Source of the DNA: an uncultured Gammaproteobacteria bacterium | GTDB lineage: Bacteria > Patescibacteriota > Microgenomatia > UBA10105 > UBA927 | Direction: 5' to 3' | NCBI GenBank assembly: GCA_964573695.1 | Contig: CAZNKB010000002.1 | Location: 109,898 to 173,897 of the forward strand | DNA length: 64,000 nucleotides | In this document: piece by piece, positions 38,975-48,201 of the stretch | Numbering within the stretch: position 1 is the first letter of the stretch | How the letters are laid out: every line of letters starts with the position of its first letter | Notes under the pieces: model-generated | The model's database searches: none | Told to the model about the DNA's origin: nothing | The model's input: the letters and a program-made list of their open reading frames with translations, nothing else | Program-made: the position numbers and the translations under genes

Positions 38975-40657
38975 CTATTGCGGCACAATCCCCCAATAAG
39001 TAAACAAATCCCGTGCTATGGTAAAAAAGAGCGGGGCGGCCGTTTCCGAACCCCATTGCGAAGAGCTCGTTTCCCGAAGCGTCACAAGCATGACAAAACG
39101 CGGATTGTCTGCAGGCGCAAATCCGACAAATGAAGCAATCGTTTTTTTGTCGTCGTAGTGGCCGGCTACCGGGATTTGCGCCGTACCTGTTTTACCGGCC
39201 ACGCGGTATCCTTTTGGCTTCGCCCATTTGGCTTCCCCGTTATCTACCGCTGACACCATCATCTCCGTCACGATCCGGGCAGTCTCCGGACTCACAACCT
39301 GGGTCACAAATTTCGGAGGAACAGGAATAACCTTACCACGGGGCTCCCGAATTTCCTTTACCATGTGCGGCTCCATAAGGCGTCCGCCATTGGCGAGCGC
39401 CGCTACAGCCCGAATCATCTGGACAGGAGTTACGGCAATACCTTGCCCAAATGACGCCGTATACTCGTCTACCTCTGCCCAATCCTTATCGGCTCTAAGC
39501 GACGGCGACGATTCGTCCTCGAGGTCGATATTCGTAGGCTTACCGAAGCCAAATCGTTTTATCGAGGCGAGCAGTTTGTCTCTCCCTAATTTTTGCGCGA
39601 TAAACACCATGCCGACGTTTGATGAATGTTCGAGCACCTGTGTCATGGTGATCTTGCCGTGATACTCGTTGTTCCAGGTTCTGATCACATATGGCCCGAC
39701 TTCGATAGGTCCGCTCTCGTCCATGATCGTGTCCGGCTCAATAAGGTGATCATTGATCGCAGCTGCCATAATGAGCGCCTTAAACGTGCTCCCGGGTTCG
39801 TAAGAGCTTCCGACAATCGGATTTCTGTAAAGCGTCTTGTCATAACGCGCATAATCTCGAGGGTCATACGACGGAGTCGACGCCATGGCAACAATTCCTC
39901 CGCTTACCGGATCCATAACGATGACACTGCCTTCTTTGGCGCCGTATCGGGTGATTCCCTCTTTGAGTCTCCTTTCGACAATCTGCTGCACCACCTTGTC
40001 CGTGTGCAACACGAGCGTCCTCCCGTCTTGCGGAGGAATACGTTCTTCCTGACCGATAAGGATCGGCGCTCCATGAGCGTCCTTTTCGATTCTCATCATG
40101 CCTTCAATACCCCGAAGCTGCCGGTCATAATATCCTTCCAATCCGAAATATCCCTGATCAACACCATTGACGTCACTCCCCACAAAACCCAGCAAATGGG
40201 CCGCAGTGGAGGCTTCCGGGTAAAACCGCTTAGGTTCTTTTTCAAATCCCAGTCCCGGGATGTTGAGCGTCCGGAGACTCTGTACGAGCGAAAGCTCGAC
40301 TTTATGTGCAAGTGGCACCCACACAAGATTCGGTTGACTGAGTTTCGTTCGAAGTTCCTCGGGATCGAGTGAAAGGATATTCCCCACAGACGTTGAAAAT
40401 GCTGTGAGGTCTTTGATATTACGGGGCTCGCCGTAAGCCAAAAAAGCCGGTTGATTTACGACCAGCGGATGTAAATTTCTGTCAATGATTTCTCCTCTGG
40501 AAGCAGGGACGGTGAGTTCGACGAAATGCTGGCGAGCAGCCTCTTTTCCCAACCGGTCGGCAGAAAATACCTGCCAATACGATAGGCGCAGCAAAAGAGC
40601 GCAAAAACATATGACAAACCCGCTAAACAGAAGGGAAGACCGACCTGAAGAAGCCAT
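38975..40657 (-). CDS. ftsI: Class B penicillin-binding protein
   Basis: RGEI.DR, EPGSTFK, SSN, KTGT. Confidence 0.93.
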   Translation of the reverse strand: MASSGRSSLLFSGFVICFCALLLRLSYWQVFSADRLGKEAARQHFVELTVPASRGEIIDRNLHPLVVNQPAFLAYGEPRNIKDLTAFSTSVGNILSLDPEELRTKLSQPNLVWVPLAHKVELSLVQSLRTLNIPGLGFEKEPKRFYPEASTAAHLLGFVGSDVNGVDQGYFGLEGYYDRQLRGIEGMMRIEKDAHGAPILIGQEERIPPQDGRTLVLHTDKVVQQIVERRLKEGITRYGAKEGSVIVMDPVSGGIVAMASTPSYDPRDYARYDKTLYRNPIVGSSYEPGSTFKALIMAAAINDHLIEPDTIMDESGPIEVGPYVIRTWNNEYHGKITMTQVLEHSSNVGMVFIAQKLGRDKLLASIKRFGFGKPTNIDLEDESSPSLRADKDWAEVDEYTASFGQGIAVTPVQMIRAVAALANGGRLMEPHMVKEIREPRGKVIPVPPKFVTQVVSPETARIVTEMMVSAVDNGEAKWAKPKGYRVAGKTGTAQIPVAGHYDDKKTIASFVGFAPADNPRFVMLVTLRETSSSQWGSETAAPLFFTIARDLFTYWGIVPQ

Positions 40658-40698
40658 GAATGTATCCTATCATGTTTACTATTGCCCCGCCCCGGGCG

Positions 40699-41022
40699 TT
40701 ATTCAAACGACGGACGGATAGGCACATCGCCGGGCTTGAGGGCAACAGGAACCTCACTAGTGAGACTGATAACCTGTTTGGAAGTCGGCTCTACAAACCC
40801 CAGAAGCTCGGCTCGGTCACGCATAACAAGCAGTGACGAAGCGGATGCGACTTCCGTGCGCAACGCTTCATTTATGTCGCTCTCCAGCTTCACATTTTGG
40901 TCGAGTTGTCCGAGTTTTTTGCCCAATGTGGCTAATTCATTGGATACAACTACCTGAAGAATAATCATAACAACAGCCGCTATTGGCAGAATGATTCCAA
41001 TAATTTTGAAGAGGTACTTCAT
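40699..41022 (-). CDS. FtsL-like bitopic coiled-coil protein
   Basis: TM plus coiled coil plus RAELLGF; between rsmH and ftsI. Confidence 0.7.
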   Translation of the reverse strand: MKYLFKIIGIILPIAAVVMIILQVVVSNELATLGKKLGQLDQNVKLESDINEALRTEVASASSLLVMRDRAELLGFVEPTSKQVISLTSEVPVALKPGDVPIRPSFE

Positions 41023-41023
41023 A

Positions 41024-41908
41024 CTATTTTTTCTCCGCTACTCGCATTTTTGCGCTTCGTGCCCGCGAATTGGCGTATGTTTCGCTTTCTGTGGGCCGTA
41101 CGGGATGCTTGGTTTCTACAATCCAATGCTCGCTTTTCATAAACTGCTTGACGATTCTGTCTTCCAGAGAATGAAAACTTATGACAACCAATCTTCCTCC
41201 CGGTGCCAAAATCCGATACGCTCCTTCCAATCCCTTTTTCAAACTCCCCAACTCATCATTCACCGCGATCCGTAATCCCTGAAATATTCTCGACAACACC
41301 CCAAATCGCATCCCTTCGTTTGGTACTACCTCTTCTACAACCCTTACGAGCTCTCCGACGCAATTGACCGGGCTCAGCGCACGCGCGCGGACAATAGCAT
41401 CAGCAAGCTTCCGAGCCAGCTGTTCTTCGCCATATGTGCTAAAAATGTCATAAAGTTCCTCGCTCGTTGCGCGGTTTACCAATTGGGCAGCAGTGTCTCC
41501 CCCGGAGGCGTCGAGCCTCATATCCAGCGGAGCATCGGTAAACCGGTAGCTAAATCCGCGCTTGGGTGTATCCAACTGCATACTCGATACGCCCAAATCA
41601 AACAAAATCCCGTCTACTCCCGTAAACCCTTCACGTTTTGCGAGCGCCTCGATATCCCGAAAATTCCCGTGTATCAGTTTCCATGTCGCTTTCGTTCCTG
41701 TCGTTTCGGCGATTTCCCTAAGTGTTGCATCGGCAATTGTCAGCGCCGTCTCGTCCTGATCTATTCCCAACACGACTGCGCCTTTGCGGACAATTTCCTG
41801 TGTGTGTCCTCCGGCACCCGTTGTCGCATCGATATACCGTTTGCCCGGTGCAATCTTGAGCGCCTCTATGCTCTCGTTACGTAACACTGGCACGTGGTTC
41901 ACATTCAT
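41024..41908 (-). CDS. rsmH: 16S rRNA m4C1402 methyltransferase
   Basis: HVPVL, GAGGH, DLGVSSMQLD, FHSLEDR, RARSAK. Confidence 0.96.
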   Translation of the reverse strand: MNVNHVPVLRNESIEALKIAPGKRYIDATTGAGGHTQEIVRKGAVVLGIDQDETALTIADATLREIAETTGTKATWKLIHGNFRDIEALAKREGFTGVDGILFDLGVSSMQLDTPKRGFSYRFTDAPLDMRLDASGGDTAAQLVNRATSEELYDIFSTYGEEQLARKLADAIVRARALSPVNCVGELVRVVEEVVPNEGMRFGVLSRIFQGLRIAVNDELGSLKKGLEGAYRILAPGGRLVVISFHSLEDRIVKQFMKSEHWIVETKHPVRPTESETYANSRARSAKMRVAEKK

Positions 41909-42306
41909 GATGTTTCTAGTTTCGTGGCATATGTTCGCCACCGTGCCGCGTCCCAAATCTCAAAATGGTCTCCGGCTCCGATGACCTTTACGTCACGCAC
42001 GATTTCACCATGCTCCTTGAGCTGGGCAGGCAGTAAAATACGGCCAAGTTTATCAATTTCTACCCGCTGCGCCCCTGCAAATAGGTAACGGCGGATTTGT
42101 CGTCCTTTTTCATCGGTTACCGGTGTGTCAAGGTGCTTTCCCGCTTCCCGCTCCCAACTTTCTTTGTCAAATCCAAAAATACATCCCTCATAACCTCTCG
42201 CGAGTACCAATTCTATTCCCGTAATCTCTTGCCGTATCTTTTTTGGGAGCGTTACACGGGCCCGATCGTCTAAACTATGGTCGTATTCCCCAAGGAACAA
42301 ATTCAT
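41905..42306 (-). CDS. mraZ: Transcriptional regulator MraZ
   Basis: FLGEY..LDDRAR..P, DKLGRI, EIW. Confidence 0.95.
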   Translation of the reverse strand: MNLFLGEYDHSLDDRARVTLPKKIRQEITGIELVLARGYEGCIFGFDKESWEREAGKHLDTPVTDEKGRQIRRYLFAGAQRVEIDKLGRILLPAQLKEHGEIVRDVKVIGAGDHFEIWDAARWRTYATKLETS

Positions 42307-42317
42307 GATCCTAATCT

Positions 42318-42351
42318 ACCACTTCTTCCCACTAATATCCATAGTTACCCA
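42318..42351 (-). promoter_or_regulatory. MraZ-binding repeats (four TGGN at 10-bp spacing)
   Basis: aTGGGtaactaTGGAtattagTGGGaagaagTGGT upstream of mraZ; TTGACA at 42364-42369. Confidence 0.8.
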
Positions 42352-42403
42352 TTTTTCACGCCATGTCAAGGGGAGATTTCACGAATCTTTTTGGGGCATT
42401 GCG

Positions 42404-42431
42404 TTGACACGACAACACATTTACGTATAAT
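42404..42431 (+). promoter_or_regulatory. Consensus sigma70 promoter divergent from mraZ
   Basis: TTGACA-16nt-TATAAT. Confidence 0.75.
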
Positions 42432-42441
42432 TCAGGGTATT

Positions 42442-42786
42442 ATGGCCAAAAAAGTTGAAAAACAGCAGGATGCCGTGTTTGCAACCAGAACACCGGATAA
42501 TCGCCGGTATATCTACTTCGAGGAACCTCCAGAGTTATGGATGGGTAGTACCCAATACGAAAACCATACGAAAATTCTTGAAGCCAGCGGAAGAAGCCGG
42601 GCGCATATCCGAGCAATAGGTTTTGCAGATCAATTGTTCAATGTACATGAAGTAAGCTTTGATAGCCATGGTTCCTCAAATTTGCAAATACCCGGCGGGA
42701 ATCCTGAAGCGTGTGTACGATTTGTCCGATCGTTGCCCTCAAAAGGAAGGCGCATCAAATTTACCGTGAGCTCTAGCTCTCTTTAG
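42442..42786 (+). CDS. Hypothetical protein (114 aa)
   Basis: ATG 10 nt after TATAAT; MAKKVEKQQDAVF... Confidence 0.65.
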   Translation: MAKKVEKQQDAVFATRTPDNRRYIYFEEPPELWMGSTQYENHTKILEASGRSRAHIRAIGFADQLFNVHEVSFDSHGSSNLQIPGGNPEACVRFVRSLPSKGRRIKFTVSSSSL

Positions 42787-43268
42787 AGGTCGAAGTCTTT
42801 GGTAAACTGGCTCTTTTTGCCGTCGACTCCGGTAAATTCAAGAGCGACAGAGACCTTGGAAACACCCAAATCAGGCTTACACACGTTGCGTGAGCACGTG
42901 CCCATATATACCTCCCGCTCGAATCCGTCCTGCGAAGACACCTCTATGGGCTTGGATCCCGAATTCACACCCTTGATAAGCCCCTGACTGTCGTAGGTGA
43001 GCTCGTACCCTACGGATGTATATTTACTCGAAAGATTATTGACCTTCAAAATCACAGTGTTGTCTTTCGTACGACTCAGGGCGAGGTTGACGAGAATAGA
43101 TGCATCCGCCTGCGGCAACACCTCGGTTATTTCTTCTTCCTGTGCCGGAACGGGCTCACTCGAGGGCGCCAATACCCTATACACCACCGTGCCCGTCGCG
43201 ATTAATAGAACGATAAGCCCCCCGTAGAGCCATTTCATGGCATGGTTTGTCTTGGTAACTGGCTTCAT
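42783..43268 (-). CDS. Membrane-anchored hypothetical protein
   Basis: AGGAGG SD; single TM; YELTY...MGTCSRNVC. Confidence 0.8.
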   Translation of the reverse strand: MKPVTKTNHAMKWLYGGLIVLLIATGTVVYRVLAPSSEPVPAQEEEITEVLPQADASILVNLALSRTKDNTVILKVNNLSSKYTSVGYELTYDSQGLIKGVNSGSKPIEVSSQDGFEREVYMGTCSRNVCKPDLGVSKVSVALEFTGVDGKKSQFTKDFDL

Positions 43269-43280
43269 ATTACGCCTCCT

Positions 43281-44654
43281 TTATATAAGTTTTTGCTGAA
43301 AATACGCTGCAAGGTCTGCGATATTTACCCTGTCCTGTTTGGTGGTATCGCGGTCACGCACCGTTACCGAACCATCTTCAAGCGTAGCATAATCGACCGT
43401 CACGCACCACGGGGTCCCGATTTCGTCCTGAGCCAGATACCGTTTTCCGATGTTCCCGCGGTCATCCCACGCCACGGTCATAGATGATTTCAGTGTATCG
43501 AAAATACTTTTTGCTTTTTCTACCAGGTCCGGCTTATTGGCCACCAGAGGAAACACAGCGACTTTGTAAGGCGAAAGTTTGGGATTGAGCTTGAGTACGA
43601 TCCGCTTTTCCTCCTGTGTGAATGCTTCGGTAAGCACCATAAGAAAGAGTCTGTTTATGCCTACCGCTGGCTCTATCACGTGCGGGATAATCTTTTTGCC
43701 GCTCACAGGGTTTACGTACGTCAAATCCGCCCCTGAATGCTTCGCCTGCTGCGTAAGGTCATAATCCGTCCGATACGCTATTCCCCACAATTCCTTCCAA
43801 CCGAACGGAAATTCATAATCCAGGTCATAGGTATCCTTGCTATAGTGACTTCGCTCCTTATCCGTATGCCTCCTCCACCGCAGATGCGATGCGTCAATAC
43901 CCAGGTCAGTCACGAACTTCCACATCGCGTCTTTCCACGAATCAAACAGTTTCTGCCAGTCTGCGAGCTCAGGATCAAAAAAATACTCAATCTCTGCCTG
44001 CTCTAATTCGATCGTACGGAAAACAAACTGCCCGGTCGTGATTTCGTTACGGAATGATTTCCCGATCTGGCCTACACCGAACGGAAGCTGTACGCGGGTA
44101 GAATCCATGATGTTTCGAAAATTCGTAAATATCCCCTGCGCCGTCTCTCCACGAAGGTAGAGGGTGGACTTTTCTCCCTCGACGACGCCCAGCTTCGTTT
44201 CAAACAGGAGGTTGAATATTTTGGGTTTGGACAACACGTTATTATCAGGACTTAAAATTTTGTGGGTGGCAATATAGTCTCCCATTTGGTCGATTGTCAG
44301 ATCTTCAACGACGACGGCCGGATCCGGATGATTTTTCAACCATGCCTCTATGATATGGTCCGCCCTGTATCGCTTGTTTGTTTTACTGTCTTCGACCAGC
44401 GGATCGTTAAACGATCCGACGTGTCCTGAAGCTACCCAGGTTTCAGGATGCAATAATATTTGGGAATCCAACCCGACCATATCGCTGCGTTCATGGATAA
44501 ACCGTTTCCACCACAGAGAGCGCAAATTTCGAAGCAGCTCCGCTCCCATAGGTCCATAGTCGTAGGAACTCATAAGTCCCCCGTAAATATCGCTCGTAGG
44601 ATACACGAATCCCCGGCGTTTACATAAACTTGCGATTGCATCTAGTGTGACCAT
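43281..44654 (-). CDS. glyQS: Glycine--tRNA ligase, alpha2 (eukaryote/archaea-type)
   Basis: KRRGF..IYGG, LRGETAQG, GKSFRNEI, HVIEP, anticodon domain DEIGTP. Confidence 0.96.
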   Translation of the reverse strand: MVTLDAIASLCKRRGFVYPTSDIYGGLMSSYDYGPMGAELLRNLRSLWWKRFIHERSDMVGLDSQILLHPETWVASGHVGSFNDPLVEDSKTNKRYRADHIIEAWLKNHPDPAVVVEDLTIDQMGDYIATHKILSPDNNVLSKPKIFNLLFETKLGVVEGEKSTLYLRGETAQGIFTNFRNIMDSTRVQLPFGVGQIGKSFRNEITTGQFVFRTIELEQAEIEYFFDPELADWQKLFDSWKDAMWKFVTDLGIDASHLRWRRHTDKERSHYSKDTYDLDYEFPFGWKELWGIAYRTDYDLTQQAKHSGADLTYVNPVSGKKIIPHVIEPAVGINRLFLMVLTEAFTQEEKRIVLKLNPKLSPYKVAVFPLVANKPDLVEKAKSIFDTLKSSMTVAWDDRGNIGKRYLAQDEIGTPWCVTVDYATLEDGSVTVRDRDTTKQDRVNIADLAAYFQQKLI

Positions 44655-44776
44655 ATGTTTCCTCCTTATTTACTCACTAATTTATATGGTTTTGTAGGAT
44701 GAATTACTTGTACTTCGTACAAAACCATTGTATTCAGGTAAACTCACAAATATGAATTTGCTCGTTAACTGACTAC

Positions 44777-44931
44777 AAAAAAATCCCCCACCACAATATG
44801 CTTGTGATAGGGGTCCAAATTATTTCGGACGGTTCCACCCTACTTCCCAGCTGCTTACCCAGCGGCTGGACTGCTTCATTTATGCTTGATGAAGACTCCC
44901 TCAGTGCCACCTGAGATCAACGTCTTTCCTC
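44777..44931 (-). ncRNA. T-box riboswitch (Gly), minimal architecture
   Basis: Antiterminator AGGG-TGGAACC-GTCCGAA-ataa-TTTGGAC-CCCT; terminator CCCCTATCACAA-gcata-TTGTGGTGGGGG-aT7; K-turn hairpin with GGC in the loop. Confidence 0.88.
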
Positions 44932-44937
44932 ATCTTT

Positions 44938-44967
44938 AGTGTACTGCAAGCTATTTTCACCTGTCAA
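44938..44967 (-). promoter_or_regulatory. sigma70 promoter of the glyQS leader
   Basis: TTGACA-18nt-TACACT; the -35 overlaps the recO TGA stop. Confidence 0.75.
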
Positions 44968-45533
44968 GCCGCCTGATCCAGTATATGACGAGCAAATTTC
45001 GTGCTTTTCATGCGCCGCTCTGTGATTGTTTCGATAAACTGCTGCAGTGCGTCTCCCGAGAGCGTCCTGCCTTTTGGCAAAAAACCCAGTGTCCAAAGTA
45101 GTTCCAGCGTAAACGTCTTGCTCACGGCATATATGCTGCTAACCTTGCCTGCACCTAAATCGCGGAGTCCTCGACTAAGAAGAACAAATACGTCATTGTG
45201 TTCCTGTTTTTCAGCGACGAGGCTATCGATCAACTCGCACAGATAGTACGCCATACTCACCCGGGACAAATCACTTCGCACCTGCTCATAAATTTCTATG
45301 GGCTCCGCTTCCGATATACTCTCTAGCGTTTTGCCGGCGTGCACTATAAGACGCACGTGGGTAAACACCTCTAAATGGGGAGCTCGTCTGCTTGCCACTT
45401 TGCGGATCCCCTTGGCAATGAGTCGTAATTTGCCGTATTCCCTGGTAAACACCGTGATGATCCTGTCTGCTTCGCCGATATTTTTTCGTTTGAGGATTAT
45501 TCCTTCTGCTTTGTATGAACGGGAAACGGTCAT
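44964..45533 (-). CDS. recO: DNA repair protein RecO (short, no Zn finger)
   Basis: GEADRII..FTREYGK...AKGIRK. Confidence 0.9.
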   Translation of the reverse strand: MTVSRSYKAEGIILKRKNIGEADRIITVFTREYGKLRLIAKGIRKVASRRAPHLEVFTHVRLIVHAGKTLESISEAEPIEIYEQVRSDLSRVSMAYYLCELIDSLVAEKQEHNDVFVLLSRGLRDLGAGKVSSIYAVSKTFTLELLWTLGFLPKGRTLSGDALQQFIETITERRMKSTKFARHILDQAA

Positions 45534-45539
45534 GAAGAG

Positions 45540-47507
45540 TTACAGTGCCACTTCCGTGTCAGTATCCAACGTGATTTTTTTGCGGTCCTTGCCCCCCAGG
45601 CGGATCAACCATTCCTGACCGTTAGTTCCCGGCTGTTTTTGGATAAGCAATCGATACTTACCGTCGGGCGAGGTGACGGGAGATGTATAGGTAAGCTCGA
45701 TCCGTGCCGTTCCCATGGGATTGACGATCAAAAATCCTTCAAATACCGTTTTCCCCAAATCACTGTATGTATCCATAGGCTTGGCTTTGCCGTCTGTCGG
45801 CGAAATCACACCCTTACTCTCAACGAGCGAGCTCCCGGCAGGGGCATAGACCCGTACCCAATTGCGAAGCGGTGCGTTAAGACATAGTCCTCCGCTTTCC
45901 AAACCGCAGTCACTGCCCTTATATGGATTTTTGTAGTCAATCGTCAGCTTGGTCGTGAGTGTACCGCCATTGACTGTCACGTCTTTTGTCACTTTTTCGC
46001 TGACGAACATGTTGGACTTGGCTCCCGCCATATTGCTGTTGTTGACGTGTATGTAGTCCCAACCGTTTCCTTCTTTGTACGCAAGCAAGGTCGCGGTTTC
46101 TGATGCGGTCATAATGCGTCCGGCCATATTGAAACTCTCGGAAGCCTTCTGGGCATCTGGCTCGAGGAAATAAGCCAACACGTGTTTTTGGTTTACCTCC
46201 GCCAACAGCATCTGGAAAAGCTTCCCCCAGTATTGCGAAGGGGACACGCCCAGGGCTTTTTGCATAAGCTGCTGGAGCAACGTGCCGATTATATCTTTGC
46301 GTTCGGTCCTCACGTAGTTGACCGGCCTGGTCGAATAATCCTCAAGCTCGTATACTGCCCTTGGACAATCACATCGCTTATCTATATCAGCAGAAAACAC
46401 TCTGCCGCCGATCGTCTCAGAGCCAAGTATTTTGAGCGCTTCCACCAATACATGCGTATCAACGGCGATAATGCCGTCAATTTTTTCTTTGCCGGCGGCC
46501 GTATCGTACATTTTGAGGAACTGCTGCATGGATGCCTTGTAATCCGGACTCAAGTTGCTATCCCGGATATACAGGTTATACACGTTCTTGTGAAACGTGG
46601 TAATCTCCCGGGGCGCCGGGAATTTCTGCTTGAGTGCACTATCCAGATCATAAATATCCGTCGATTTTTCGAGGATCATTTTACCTTTTTCTATCCTAAA
46701 CTGTGCATACGCCGTCAAAAACCCTCCGGTAGAGCGAAGCTCTTTGTCATTTTGGAACAGCACAAGGTATCTTCTCATCTCGGGCTCCCCAAGCATGGCA
46801 GGAAGATTTACGAGCAGCGGCTGCGCGTTGACAAACAGATTCGCCGCATTATCGATGACATCTTTGACACCGACCAATTTTGCCCGGACGACGGTCTTGC
46901 CGATTTTGGCGGGGTATCTGTCCGGATTAATCTGATCCAGCTCCTTGCGCATGGTGTCTATTGAGCTGGCCATTTCCGTCACTTTGGGAGTCAATGCTTT
47001 CATCGTTTTTACCGCGACCTGTATGCGCTCGTCAGCAGACCCCTGGACAAATTTGCTTCCCCCCGTAAATCCCAGCAAGTCAGCGTTGGGCTCCAACGCC
47101 TCTATGGCACGATCTGCAGCATCGAGCGCAGCAAACCCTGCCGCTATCCCGTGTGATCCGTCACTTACATAAGACCCCAAAAAAGGAACATATTTAAGGG
47201 GCGTGATTTTGTTGTATTCTTGGGATAACTGGGTAAATGCCTCGCGAGTTTTAACCAACCCGTTTTTGGTTTCCGTCAAATTCTGACTCTTTAGCGCTTC
47301 TGCCGTCTGGCGACCAACCGCCGCCACGTCTTTGGCCTTTGCCATAACTCCCCGAAGAGGCAAAAGCATAATGCCGACAACCGCTACCAAAGCCAAAACA
47401 ACACCCAGCGGGATCAGGACAAATTTAATCTGGAATTTTTTTTTCATGGGGAGAGGCATCGAATCGGGTGTCGTATCAACGGTAATTTTTTTAAGTTCGT
47501 CTACCAT
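45540..47507 (-). CDS. DUF4012-domain membrane-anchored protein
   Basis: YLVLFQN..ELRSTGGF, RDSNLSPD, IDGIIAVD, QKQPG. Confidence 0.85.
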   Translation of the reverse strand: MVDELKKITVDTTPDSMPLPMKKKFQIKFVLIPLGVVLALVAVVGIMLLPLRGVMAKAKDVAAVGRQTAEALKSQNLTETKNGLVKTREAFTQLSQEYNKITPLKYVPFLGSYVSDGSHGIAAGFAALDAADRAIEALEPNADLLGFTGGSKFVQGSADERIQVAVKTMKALTPKVTEMASSIDTMRKELDQINPDRYPAKIGKTVVRAKLVGVKDVIDNAANLFVNAQPLLVNLPAMLGEPEMRRYLVLFQNDKELRSTGGFLTAYAQFRIEKGKMILEKSTDIYDLDSALKQKFPAPREITTFHKNVYNLYIRDSNLSPDYKASMQQFLKMYDTAAGKEKIDGIIAVDTHVLVEALKILGSETIGGRVFSADIDKRCDCPRAVYELEDYSTRPVNYVRTERKDIIGTLLQQLMQKALGVSPSQYWGKLFQMLLAEVNQKHVLAYFLEPDAQKASESFNMAGRIMTASETATLLAYKEGNGWDYIHVNNSNMAGAKSNMFVSEKVTKDVTVNGGTLTTKLTIDYKNPYKGSDCGLESGGLCLNAPLRNWVRVYAPAGSSLVESKGVISPTDGKAKPMDTYSDLGKTVFEGFLIVNPMGTARIELTYTSPVTSPDGKYRLLIQKQPGTNGQEWLIRLGGKDRKKITLDTDTEVAL

Positions 47508-47513
47508 GGAATA

Positions 47514-47542
47514 ATTGTCGGGTTTGTCGGTAAAAATGTCAA
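47514..47542 (-). promoter_or_regulatory. Promoter 6 nt upstream of the DUF4012 ATG (leaderless candidate)
   Basis: TTGACA-17nt-GACAAT-6nt-ATG. Confidence 0.65.
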
Positions 47543-47565
47543 CCCCGACAAGAAAAAAATGACGC

Positions 47566-48201
47566 CTACACCGCGCCTTTGCCCGAAATCATCGCCCACG
47601 GGCTCTTGAGTAATATATACAGATCCAGGAATAACGACCGTTTCAGCACATAATCCGCGTCAAGCTTGATCCTTTTGTCGAAATTCACTTCGCTTCGCCC
47701 CGATACCTGCCAATATCCGGTGATGCCGGGCCGGGCCGACAACACGATCTGAACCAATTCCTTGGTGTGCGGATATTTGCGCTGTTGCTCCACCAGCTCA
47801 TCGGCGTAATACGGCCGCGGACCCACCAGACTCATGTCCCCCTTGAGTACGTTGAGAAACTGGGGTATCTCATCGAGGGAATGTTTCCTTATAAACCTAC
47901 CGACGGCGGTCACCCGAGGATCCACGCGCAGTTTGTAGCTATTGCGTTTGTATTCCTGATACAACTTCTTGAGTTTGGGGTCCGTACGCAGCTTGATATG
48001 CGCGTTTACGATCATCGACCGGAACTTAAAGAGTTTAAACGGCCGACCGTCCTTGCCTACCCGCGACGGGGTATCGGCAAATATTGGCCCCGGACTATCG
48101 AGCACTATAGCAAGTGCCACCACCACGCTGACCGGGAAAAAAATAATCGCAAGCACCAAGCTTCCGGAAATATCGATAATCCGCTTGAGAATTGTATACA
48201 T
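47566..48201 (-). CDS. Priming sugar (polyprenyl phosphoglycosyl) transferase
   Basis: KRIIDI, KFRSM, DPRVT, SLDEIPQ, MSLVGPRP, PGITG.WQ. Confidence 0.95.
   Translation of the reverse strand: MYTILKRIIDISGSLVLAIIFFPVSVVVALAIVLDSPGPIFADTPSRVGKDGRPFKLFKFRSMIVNAHIKLRTDPKLKKLYQEYKRNSYKLRVDPRVTAVGRFIRKHSLDEIPQFLNVLKGDMSLVGPRPYYADELVEQQRKYPHTKELVQIVLSARPGITGYWQVSGRSEVNFDKRIKLDADYVLKRSLFLDLYILLKSPWAMISGKGAV

Noticed and set aside
44964-45533. recO pseudogene (short)
   Set aside because: Intact ORF with a clean end; RecO proteins without the Zn finger are known
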